A stretch of 64,000 bases of DNA. Source: Bacteroidales bacterium. GTDB taxonomy: Bacteria > Bacteroidota > Bacteroidia > Bacteroidales > VadinHA17. Below, one piece after another: positions 17,251 to 25,721 of the stretch. The notes under the pieces are model-generated. The model ran no database searches, was not told the origin of the DNA, and saw nothing but the letters and a program-made list of their open reading frames with translations. A program made the translations under genes and the position numbers. Location of the stretch: contig JAXGYS010000004.1 in NCBI GenBank assembly GCA_040772125.1, positions 184,021 to 248,020 on the forward strand. Reading direction: 5' to 3'. Each line of letters opens with the position of its first letter. The first letter of the stretch is position 1.

Positions 17251-18091
17251 CCTCTCTGAGAATGCAGATTTTTTGGGCGCAATATTCAAAAAGATGATAG
17301 CCTGTGCCCCCCTCCCTGACAATACTGAAAAGGATATCAGGTTTTGTTATCCTTACTGTTCCCACAACACTGACCTTATTTTTAAAAAGAATGTCCGGAA
17401 GTATTCCACTTGAAGGCCCTGTTACAATCACCTGGCTTCCCGGTTTTACTGCCTCAAGAATGTCATCAATGGTATCGTTTACCAGGGTCTGCCCCGTGAT
17501 AATCACAATATCCGACTGCGGAAGGATCTTTTTGTATTCGTCGTGAGGCACGTAGAACTTCTTCTGTTCATCTGCAAGAGCATTTTCATTCATTTCAAGA
17601 ACAAGTAGCCTGTTCCCTGTCATTGAAATTTTCCTGATATAAGATTGAAATGCACCAACAACTGTTATGGTTTTATGTAAATTAAGGTCAAGAAGTTCGA
17701 CCGGATCGCAGTTTTCCAGTATCCTGTAAGCACCTGACGAGATTATTCTTGAAGAAAAGGCATTAAGTACAGCTGTTTTCAGAGACGATATCAAAGCTGA
17801 TTTTTTCTCTGTTGATAGGAGATCCAGAACCTTCCGGCCTGTTATTTTCAGGGGAGTGAAAGCTCCAAAATCCCTCGTATGTCTGGCACAGACGGGAGAA
17901 TCATCCCTTACAACAGAAGAAGTGCCTGTGCTCCCGTCTGAAAGCTTCACGGCAGTGAGGTACATTCCTGCTGCCGCATCGGTTATCGTAAGGCTTTCAA
18001 GTTCGTTGCCGAATCTGGTTTTAATGAGATCGCAGGTCCTGTCGATGATCATAAGGATTTCTTTTGCTTCTAAAATTATAATAATTTTCAT
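17240..18091 (-). CDS. DUF4213/DUF364 protein (putative heavy-metal chelation, Rossmann-like)
   Basis: N-terminal ...ITDAAAGMYLTAVKLSDGSTGTSS (DUF4213-like). C-terminal ...ITVVGAFQSYIRK...LLVLEMN...ILPQSDIVIITGQTLVNDTIDDILEAV...VIVTGPSSGILPDILF...VSVVGTVRI (DUF364-like). Confidence 0.85.
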   Translation of the reverse strand: MKIIIILEAKEILMIIDRTCDLIKTRFGNELESLTITDAAAGMYLTAVKLSDGSTGTSSVVRDDSPVCARHTRDFGAFTPLKITGRKVLDLLSTEKKSALISSLKTAVLNAFSSRIISSGAYRILENCDPVELLDLNLHKTITVVGAFQSYIRKISMTGNRLLVLEMNENALADEQKKFYVPHDEYKKILPQSDIVIITGQTLVNDTIDDILEAVKPGSQVIVTGPSSGILPDILFKNKVSVVGTVRITKPDILFSIVREGGTGYHLFEYCAQKICILREDEK

Positions 18092-18170
18092 CCCTGCGGC
18101 TTTTCATTTGCAATAATTCAATAGCGGCTGAGATTCCGGCCTTATGAAAAGGCCGGTGTATATTTTTTTC

Positions 18171-18178
18171 TATATTTG
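18171..18178 (+). promoter_or_regulatory. Bacteroidota-type -7 box TATATTTG
   Basis: Exact TAnnTTTG match 42 nt upstream of the lemA start. Confidence 0.4.
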
Positions 18179-18219
18179 AATACCCGGCTTTTCGGGGAAT
18201 TATCCAACAACAGAAAATA

Positions 18220-18768
18220 GTGGGTTTAATTATCATTGGAATAGTAGTAGTATGCGGGGGATTTTTCCTTTTCGTGTACAACAGGCTTGTCCGTCTCGTA
18301 AATTATGTGAGGGAGGCCTGGAGCGGAATCGATGTTCAGCTTAAAAAGAGGCATGACCTGATCCCCCTTCTTGTGAACACTGTAAAGGGTTACGCTGATC
18401 ATGAGCGAAAGCTTCTCGAAGCTATCACTTCCCTCCGTACCAGGGGCATGTCTGCCTCATCAGTGAAGGAATCGGAAGAAGCCGAGGTGGGTTTGTCGAA
18501 AGCTCTTGGAAGGCTCTTCGTGGTAGTGGAGAACTATCCCGAGCTAAAGGCCAGCCAGAATTTTCTTGAGCTGCAGAGGGATATCTCGAAAGTTGAAAAC
18601 GACCTTCAGAAGGCAAGGCGTTACTACAACGGAACAGTACGTAACTACAACATTGTGATTGAACAGTTTCCCTCCAGTCTGGTGGCAAAAATAGCAGGTC
18701 ACCGCCAGAAGGAATTCTTTGATATAGGAAATGAATCGGAAAGGGCAGTACCTGACATTAAAATGTAA
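18220..18768 (+). CDS. lemA: LemA family membrane protein
   Basis: N-terminal TM segment, then YNRLVRLVNYVREAWSGIDVQLKKRHDLIPLLVNTVKGYADHERKLLEAIT...YNGTVRNYNIVIEQFPSSLVA. This is the canonical LemA sequence pattern. Confidence 0.9.
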   Translation: MGLIIIGIVVVCGGFFLFVYNRLVRLVNYVREAWSGIDVQLKKRHDLIPLLVNTVKGYADHERKLLEAITSLRTRGMSASSVKESEEAEVGLSKALGRLFVVVENYPELKASQNFLELQRDISKVENDLQKARRYYNGTVRNYNIVIEQFPSSLVAKIAGHRQKEFFDIGNESERAVPDIKM

Positions 18769-18870
18769 TATTTTACCTATGAAACCCACATGTATCAAAT
18801 GCACAAACACGGATTTTTATAAATTTCAGTCATGTGGGTTCCATCATACCATTAAAATCAAAATTATATT

Positions 18871-20565
18871 ATGATGAAAAGAGTCATAACGTTCCTTTTT
18901 CTGTTCCTTGCTGTGTTTTCGGCCAATTCACAGGAAAGGATCCTTTCGTATGATATCATTGCGGAAATTGAAAAGAACGGGGTACTGCTGGTCCGTGAGC
19001 AGATAAGGGTTGTGGCTGAAGGAAATGCGATAAAGAGGGGGATTTACAGAAGTTTCCCGACAAAATACAAAGACAGGCTCGGGAACCGCTTCAAAGCCGG
19101 CTTTGAAGTCACTGAGGTACTGAAAAACGGTGTTCCTGAGCCATGGTTCACAGAGGAAAGATCGAATGGCGTCGTTGTATACATCGGCGACAGCAACATT
19201 GAACTTGAACCTGGTATTTACAATTACAGCCTTTCTTTCAGGACAACGAGGCAGATTGGATTTTTTGATGACTTTGACGAGCTGTATTACAATGCCATCG
19301 GCGGCGACTGGGCTTTTTCCATCGAATCAGCCTCTGTCACGCTTAAGCTCCCTGAAGGATCGGTTGTTGTTCAGAAGGCAGCATATTCAGGTTATGCCGG
19401 GTCGACGGGCTGCGACTGTGCGCTCACTGAAAACGGAAATGTGGTAAGCCTTTCCACTACAAGGCCTTTGCAGCCTCAGGAGCAGCTTACCATTGCAGTG
19501 GCATGGCCAAAGGGGTTTGTTTCCCCCCCTTCGGCAATGGAAAAGCTTTCACTTTTCCTTAAGGACAACCTCTACATACTCTTTGTTCTTGCCGGACTTG
19601 CCGGAGTGATAATGCTCTACTTCAGGAAATGGAAGACTGCAGGCAAAGATCCTGCCCGGGGAACCATAATCCCTCTTTTTGATCCGCCCGAAGGATTTAG
19701 TCCAGCCGATACAGGATACCTGTCGGCTATGCGAATGAAAGAGGAGGTAATAACGGCCGCTCTTGTCAATATGGCTGTGAGCGGTTATCTGAAAATCATC
19801 CGTACAAAGAAAAAGTACTCGCTTGAGCTTGTTCCGGGTTCAGCCGCTTCGCTTACTTCCGAGGAAAAAGCTCTGGCTTCGGCTCTTTTTATGGGAGTAC
19901 AGGAAATAGACCTTGACAATAAAAATCATATGGTGTTTCAGAAAGCCAGGAGTGAGGCAGAGAAGATCCTTAAGGAGAAAATGATACCGGAGTTCTTCAA
20001 CCTCAACTCCAGACTTCTCCTTCCCGGAGTTCTGTCTTCAGTAGCTCTCGCTGTTCTCTCGTTTGTCATTTCTCCCTCTCCTGCCGTCCCTGTGATACTT
20101 ATCATTCTCCTTGTCGGGCTTGGCATTCTTTTTTCCTGGCTGATAAAAGCCCCGACGCCCAGGGGAAGGGCCCTTATGGATGAGGCAGAAGGTTTTAAGA
20201 TGTACCTCTCGGTTGCTGAAAAGGACAGGCTCAATCTGATGCACGAACCAGAGCTTACTGCCGAACGCTTTGAAAAACTCCTCCCATACGCCATTGCCCT
20301 GGGAGTGGAAAATGAGTGGGGTCAGAAATTTGAAAATGCACTTAAACGTTCTATGGAGGAAACAAAAAAATATCGCCCGGCATGGTATACCGGTACCGGA
20401 GCAGGACCAGCGGCATTCTCGCTGTCGAATTTCACCTCAACGATGGGCAGTAGCTTTTCTTCGGCTATATCATCTGCATCGACGGCACCAGGCTCGTCGT
20501 CGGGGAGCGGAGGAGGAGGAAGTTCAGGCGGCGGCGGCGGCGGTGGCGGCGGTGGCGGCTGGTAA
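18871..20565 (+). CDS. DUF2207 membrane protein with a poly-Gly C-terminal tail
   Basis: Signal peptide, an N-terminal extracytoplasmic domain (ILSYDIIAEI...GIYRSFPTKY), central and C-terminal TM segments, and the tail GSSSGSGGGGSSGGGGGGGGGGGW. It is the usual partner of LemA. Confidence 0.85.
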   Translation: MMKRVITFLFLFLAVFSANSQERILSYDIIAEIEKNGVLLVREQIRVVAEGNAIKRGIYRSFPTKYKDRLGNRFKAGFEVTEVLKNGVPEPWFTEERSNGVVVYIGDSNIELEPGIYNYSLSFRTTRQIGFFDDFDELYYNAIGGDWAFSIESASVTLKLPEGSVVVQKAAYSGYAGSTGCDCALTENGNVVSLSTTRPLQPQEQLTIAVAWPKGFVSPPSAMEKLSLFLKDNLYILFVLAGLAGVIMLYFRKWKTAGKDPARGTIIPLFDPPEGFSPADTGYLSAMRMKEEVITAALVNMAVSGYLKIIRTKKKYSLELVPGSAASLTSEEKALASALFMGVQEIDLDNKNHMVFQKARSEAEKILKEKMIPEFFNLNSRLLLPGVLSSVALAVLSFVISPSPAVPVILIILLVGLGILFSWLIKAPTPRGRALMDEAEGFKMYLSVAEKDRLNLMHEPELTAERFEKLLPYAIALGVENEWGQKFENALKRSMEETKKYRPAWYTGTGAGPAAFSLSNFTSTMGSSFSSAISSASTAPGSSSGSGGGGSSGGGGGGGGGGGW

Positions 20566-20639
20566 GCCTTCATAAGACGGAAGCATTAACCCAGACTCAG
20601 GCTGTATCAGCAGCAGCCTGATAAATAATTATAATTTCT

Positions 20640-21320
20640 ATGCCTTATTGTAAAAACTGTGGGGCTGAAATAAGTCCCGGCTCCAATTTTTGCGGAGCTT
20701 GCGGGACAAAAGTCTCGTCATCAGAAACAAAGAAGAAGAACCAGGTTGTCTCCCCTGCCGGTAAAAAGACAGATAAAGGGAAAAAAGGATGTAAAAAGGG
20801 ATGCCTCACTCCTGTACTGACCATACTCTTTATCATATTCATCGCCGGACTTTCCACTCTTTACTACTATAACTATGAAGACGGGGAGAAAAACCGCAGC
20901 ACAGGTAAGGAAACAGGTTCCGGACAAGCGGAAGAACCGCAGATACTGACAGGTACTGATATCCCTGGGATAGTTCCCATTGGAGATGACGGCGGTAAAG
21001 AGGATCCTGCTGTTAATGTGCGGCAGGTGGAGTCGGGAGACGTCCGGAAAGCTGCAGATCTGGTTGAAAAAGCCTTTACCAGAGCCGATACTGTTCTTCT
21101 CAAGCAAATACTGACCAGTGGCAGCCTTGAAGTTTATAACGGAGTCTTCAGAGAGATCAGTCCCTATATGAAAGATTATGCAAAAGCATTCAGGAGCAGA
21201 AAGCTGGTAATGTCAGGTCCGGTATATGCCCTGTACGAATTCAGTGACGGCTCAGGAAGGAAGTTTACTGCTGAGTTTACACTGGGCGATGACGGTAACT
21301 GGAAACTGGTAAGGTTTTAA
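20640..21320 (+). CDS. Zinc-ribbon domain membrane protein
   Basis: MPYCKNCGAEISPGSNFCGACGTKV, a Lys-rich linker, one TM segment (LTPVLTILFIIFIAGLSTLYYY), then a C-terminal domain of about 130 aa. Confidence 0.6.
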   Translation: MPYCKNCGAEISPGSNFCGACGTKVSSSETKKKNQVVSPAGKKTDKGKKGCKKGCLTPVLTILFIIFIAGLSTLYYYNYEDGEKNRSTGKETGSGQAEEPQILTGTDIPGIVPIGDDGGKEDPAVNVRQVESGDVRKAADLVEKAFTRADTVLLKQILTSGSLEVYNGVFREISPYMKDYAKAFRSRKLVMSGPVYALYEFSDGSGRKFTAEFTLGDDGNWKLVRF

Positions 21321-21333
21321 AGCGAAAGTCCTT

Positions 21334-23460
21334 ATGGAAAAAAATAAAATACCAGCAGCTGCCATAATTATAATCCTTGCGCTGGGATTCTGGATCCTTC
21401 TGACGGGCTACGGGAATACCAAGAATCATCCTACCCTTAACACATTTATTGTGAAACATTTCACAGCAAAAAACAACAAGGGAGGGTTTTCAATGAACAA
21501 GTTTAAGAACTATGAGTTCGATTTTAACCGGGTAAAGCTCAGAGGCAATTTCATTACCGACCCCGGGCTTTTCAATCCCTCGGAGATTGATCGTTTTCAT
21601 GAAGAGCTGGCTTTCTGGGCTTCGGAAAAGATATATGGGAAAGCTACCTTCACTGAGGAGTTACGTGAAAAGACTCCAATGGAATGGATATCTCACGGAG
21701 GCTTTTCTGCTGATGTACCCGAAGTACCGGCGAGCCTGCGCCACTTTTATGATCCGACAAGGCCGGCCGGGAAACGGTACCTCACCGACGATGTAAACGG
21801 AAAGCTTCTAAGCTGGATCCAGTCGAAATTCAGAAATCCTGAAACTGACGGGGTGGAATGGGCTCTGGGACAGGCAGGATCGTTCGGTGCACTTGAGCAT
21901 AACTATACCTGGGAAAATGGCAAGCAGTTCATGAAGGGCGCCCTTGAAGAAGCTGATCCAGGCAAACGTCGCGAAATGATGGCCCGGGTATGGCGATCGC
22001 TGGGCGAAACCCTGCACATGATCGCTGATAACGGATGCCCGTCGCACGTCAGGAACGACGCCCATCCCTCAGTACCGGTGCCTCTTATGTCATACTTCGG
22101 AAATCCCGATACCTACGAGGAAATGATGGACGATTTCCAGAAGAACGATGACAGCGCACTTGATAAATTCCTCACAGGAAGCGTTGACCCGGCATTGGTC
22201 GCAAAGCTGGAAAAAGCAACAACAGTCAATGAACTGGCCCATGAACTGGCCCGTTTCACCAACGAGAGCTTTTTTACGGGAGAAACCATTTCGGGAAAGG
22301 ATTGGAAAGGCAATGAGATCAGACCCATAGCCCATCCCGAACATGTCTATGCCTCTCCCAAAATAAGTTCAGGCAATTATTCAGACAACTACTACAGGAA
22401 AAAAGTAGCCGGACAGGAAGTTCTTTTATGCACCGACACATGGTTCTTCTCGGACTATCCGGTTTCAAAGACCTTTCCCTACCTTGACAAAAAATGTGTG
22501 GAATCGAATGCCAGGATCCTGGTTCCGGCAATAAGGGAAACCGGGATGCATGCCATGAAACTTTTCATCCCCGCACTGAGCGTAAGGATATCATCCCTTG
22601 CAGACGACGGAACCATTACCGGGGAAGTGGTTCATCTTCCCGATAAGGAATACAAGCAACAGATCCGATACAATGGCCCTGTACTCATAAAGACAGCCAC
22701 ACTGGATGAATTGGGTAATTTAATGGCTAAAAACGGTAAATTCTCAGGAAAGATAAGGATGGAGGAAAATGCCGTTATAAATGCTGAGATTGAATTTGGA
22801 GGCATAACAGTTAAGTCTGATCAGAAAACTATAAAAGCAGCTCCCAAAAAGGTTGCTGCACCTGCAGCGGCCAACTTTAACATTCACTTCAGGATTTCAG
22901 TGCATGCAACTTATACGGCGGGTTACCGGGATCAGAACCAGTCGTTTCCGAGAAGTGATTACTTTGTCTATGAAAGTCCGAATTTTGGAACAATGTATGG
23001 CGGATTCGAGATATCAAGGGGAGGTACATTCTCCGGAAGAATTAGCTCACCGTCGAGAGAAGCCACGATTGAAGGCCAGCGGAGTGATGACAGGATAATC
23101 CACATGACAGTCCGGATGCATGAGAAATGGAGGAGAGGGCAGAACGATCCGCCATACCGTGAAGAATGGACTGATATTGAGCTGCGGAATATTCCCCTGG
23201 CATCAGACGGAAAAGGAGAATATGGTATCCGCTATCACAGGGACGGATGGGATTGTGTAAAGCTGCAACCAGATCCCGAATTCAGCAATAGTATCATGAA
23301 ACTGGAACACCGTGTAAAATTCTATCCTTCGAATGAGGAAATATCACTTTTAGACATCAACTATACAAAATCGGAGTATGAGGCCTGCAAGAACTGGGAA
23401 AACATTCTGTTCCCAAGGTCTTATATAACTGTAAGCGTTTCATATAATAACAATCGCTGA
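21334..23460 (+). CDS. Membrane-anchored protein with a zinc-dependent phospholipase C / P1-nuclease-like N-terminal domain and a C-terminal region of about 430 aa with unknown function
   Basis: N-terminal TM segment. LRHFYDP and LGETLHMIADNGCPSHVRNDAH parallel the Bacillus cereus PC-PLC motifs SHFYDPD and LGLSLHYLGDVNQPMHAAN. Confidence 0.6.
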   Translation: MEKNKIPAAAIIIILALGFWILLTGYGNTKNHPTLNTFIVKHFTAKNNKGGFSMNKFKNYEFDFNRVKLRGNFITDPGLFNPSEIDRFHEELAFWASEKIYGKATFTEELREKTPMEWISHGGFSADVPEVPASLRHFYDPTRPAGKRYLTDDVNGKLLSWIQSKFRNPETDGVEWALGQAGSFGALEHNYTWENGKQFMKGALEEADPGKRREMMARVWRSLGETLHMIADNGCPSHVRNDAHPSVPVPLMSYFGNPDTYEEMMDDFQKNDDSALDKFLTGSVDPALVAKLEKATTVNELAHELARFTNESFFTGETISGKDWKGNEIRPIAHPEHVYASPKISSGNYSDNYYRKKVAGQEVLLCTDTWFFSDYPVSKTFPYLDKKCVESNARILVPAIRETGMHAMKLFIPALSVRISSLADDGTITGEVVHLPDKEYKQQIRYNGPVLIKTATLDELGNLMAKNGKFSGKIRMEENAVINAEIEFGGITVKSDQKTIKAAPKKVAAPAAANFNIHFRISVHATYTAGYRDQNQSFPRSDYFVYESPNFGTMYGGFEISRGGTFSGRISSPSREATIEGQRSDDRIIHMTVRMHEKWRRGQNDPPYREEWTDIELRNIPLASDGKGEYGIRYHRDGWDCVKLQPDPEFSNSIMKLEHRVKFYPSNEEISLLDINYTKSEYEACKNWENILFPRSYITVSVSYNNNR

Positions 23461-23493
23461 TAAGTAATATATTACATTTCTAAGGGTCTGCAA

Positions 23494-24249
23494 ATGGATA
23501 AATCTATAAGTAACGGTATTCTCAAACCGGTAAAAAACAGAGAGCGGTCTGCTGCACGCTTTTTTGCCGTTTTTGGAATTATTTCGCTGTTAGCGGCAGC
23601 TGCAGCCTTATCGGAAAATACCTTCCTGTCGGGAATCTGGCCGGTCGGTTTTCTGGGAATTTTTGCCGGGGCTGCATCACTGGTAACAATTATTATCCTT
23701 AATAAAAGGGCGAAAAAAATGGACCGCCTGATCACGGGGGAAAAGCTTATTGCCGGCTGGATAATGACGGAAGATGAAAGGAAGGCCTTCTCAGACAATC
23801 TGAAAGTCACATCCCGGGGCAAGAATAAGGCTGTAATGTTAGTGGTTACTATTTTCTTTGTGGTGATAACACTTCCTTTCCTTTTCTTCCTTGAAAGGGA
23901 TGAATCAGTTGGCTTTATGCTTATCATGGGAGGCATCTGGCTTATAGTCCTGATCTTTTCATGGTTCATGCCTTATTATTATCATTACAGGAATCTGAAA
24001 GGAGACGGTAAGATACTTATTGGATCACAATACGCTTATATAAACGGATACTTTCACAACTGGGATTTCCCTCTTTCAGGCATCAGGAGCCTGAAAAACA
24101 TAAAGGAGCCTTTCAGGGGGATCATGCTGAAGTATTATTATACCGACCGTACCTGGACCAACGAGCATGCTCTTTATATCCCCGTCCCGGATTCAATTAA
24201 CATTGAGGAGCTTATCGGCAGCATCAGAAAGGAGAATCCGGCAGTATAA
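23494..24249 (+). CDS. Hypothetical polytopic membrane protein
   Basis: About four hydrophobic segments. It follows the previous gene after 33 nt on the same strand. I recognise no family. Confidence 0.5.
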   Translation: MDKSISNGILKPVKNRERSAARFFAVFGIISLLAAAAALSENTFLSGIWPVGFLGIFAGAASLVTIIILNKRAKKMDRLITGEKLIAGWIMTEDERKAFSDNLKVTSRGKNKAVMLVVTIFFVVITLPFLFFLERDESVGFMLIMGGIWLIVLIFSWFMPYYYHYRNLKGDGKILIGSQYAYINGYFHNWDFPLSGIRSLKNIKEPFRGIMLKYYYTDRTWTNEHALYIPVPDSINIEELIGSIRKENPAV

Positions 24250-24262
24250 GCGACCCGGTCGC

Positions 24263-24802
24263 TCACTTCAAAAGCGGACAGCCGCAATTGCGGCAGTATT
24301 CATCGCTTATCTCGTGCATAAAGGCGCAGGCATTGCAAAAGATGATCTCATCCTTCGATTTGTCATACTTCTCGAATGAGTGCAGACGTCCATGAAATCG
24401 TACCTTCTCTCCCTCGTGGTAATAATCGTACAATGTGGGATCGTCTTCTGATTTTATTTCATGTATCCTGTTTTTCCCATCTGAAATCATTACCACATAT
24501 TCCAGCTTCCCCCCGGCCTGCCTTTTCTTTTTCCCGGTTACCACACCGTCCCATGTAAGAGTGGGTTTGACCGACCTGGCAGAAAAGAATCCTATCAGAA
24601 CAAACATACCTCCAATGGCAAGGCCTATGTATAAAGCCTCAGGATTATCCATCTCGTCGCTGAAATGTCCGTAAAGAAAAAACCCTGCAATTGCTGCAAA
24701 CGCAAGCGCAAAGGAAAACTGCAGCCTGTAGTTTTTTGTATTTCTCAGGTATCTTTCAAAAGCAGGGTCATTAATCTTTTCCGAATAAGCCATCTGATGC
24801 AA
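24263..24802 (-). CDS. Hypothetical membrane protein with a C-terminal zinc ribbon
   Basis: Two TM segments (FALAFAAIAGFFLYG, LAIGGMFVLIGFF) and FCNACAFMHEISDEYCRNCGCP. Confidence 0.5.
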   Translation of the reverse strand: MHQMAYSEKINDPAFERYLRNTKNYRLQFSFALAFAAIAGFFLYGHFSDEMDNPEALYIGLAIGGMFVLIGFFSARSVKPTLTWDGVVTGKKKRQAGGKLEYVVMISDGKNRIHEIKSEDDPTLYDYYHEGEKVRFHGRLHSFEKYDKSKDEIIFCNACAFMHEISDEYCRNCGCPLLK

Positions 24803-25248
24803 TATTATGTACCGAATATATTATGCTTTTCCATTACATAAAAACCTTAGGCCATGAAATTCTCTTCATCTATTTTAGAAAAACCCCGGCAGCAGATCAG
24901 GGGCTGTTTAGATACACTGTAAGGATTAGTCTGATAATAAAAATGCTTCACTGCTATGAAGCTGAAATGAATGGTTTAAAATATCCTGTGCCGCAAAATA
25001 GAACTGTCGTGAATTCCGTTATCTTTGAGAAGGAATTAACAAAAAGAGAGTTGGAGCGACCGCTTAGATATGTCAGGGTGAATACCCGTACCGTGGTTGG
25101 GACCAGGGAAGATCTCTCCGATGATGAGGTCAGGAAAAGGTTTAATGATAACCTGAAGCTCTCACCCTACTTCAATCCGAAAAAATTCTTCGTTCTCAGC
25201 AGGGGCCGCTGGCAATAATTCATCTGCGGCTTCAGAAAACCACTGTAA

Positions 25249-25617
25249 TTATCCTTTCTTTTTTGAACTGGTTCGTTTCATAATGGAGTTTTCGTTCACC
25301 CTGAAACGGACTATCCTGGCAATAAGGTCCAGAGGCAAAGGCTCATCAACAGGAAACTGAACAGAACCCTTCCCCTGCTTATACTTTGACAGTTCGGCGG
25401 CAAATTCTGAATGTCCCGTGGGCGTCGCATAGAAGCCAATATGCCCGGGATAAGCGGCAAAATATACAAGTGGTTTCCCATTTGTCCGGTAAGCAGGCAT
25501 CCGGTAGGCAATACCTTCTTCAGCCGAGGGAGCATTAAGCTTTATGGTATTCCTTAGCTGCCTGAGAAGGATCCGGATCTTTTCGGGAAATGAATCTATA
25601 TATTCATCAACAGTCAT
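25249..25617 (-). CDS. DUF1801 (YdhG-like) domain protein
   Basis: MTVDEYIDSFPEKIRILLRQLRNTIKLNAPSAEEGIAYRMPAYRTNGKPLVYFAAYPGHIGFY...GKGSVQFPVDEPLPLDLI. I chose the start at M14 of the track ORF. Confidence 0.8.
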   Translation of the reverse strand: MTVDEYIDSFPEKIRILLRQLRNTIKLNAPSAEEGIAYRMPAYRTNGKPLVYFAAYPGHIGFYATPTGHSEFAAELSKYKQGKGSVQFPVDEPLPLDLIARIVRFRVNENSIMKRTSSKKKG

Positions 25618-25721
25618 AATGCCATTTTTTCCGGGTGATTTCTTCCACCCGTGCAAAAGACCTACAATCCTCCAGGCAAAGGCCGGAGATTCATTTTAAA
25701 TCTGACCAGGCCTCTGTACTA

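Noticed and set aside
18136-18156. GC-rich hairpin ccggcc-ttatgaaaa-ggccgg followed by a T-run, which looks like a plus-strand terminator
   Set aside because: There is no upstream plus-strand gene to terminate. It lies in the divergent promoter region between the DUF364 operon and lemA, so its function is unclear and I do not annotate it.
20521-20562. GGC/GGT trinucleotide run as a possible slippage or phase-variation tract
   Set aside because: The run is in frame and slippage by whole codons keeps the frame. It encodes the poly-Gly tail that DUF2207 proteins commonly carry.
24823-25218. 131-aa plus-strand ORF in the gap between two minus-strand genes
   Set aside because: It has no recognisable motif, no clear promoter box and an odd N-terminus. 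It could be a real small protein starting at an internal Met (MNGLKYPV...), but I cannot support it.
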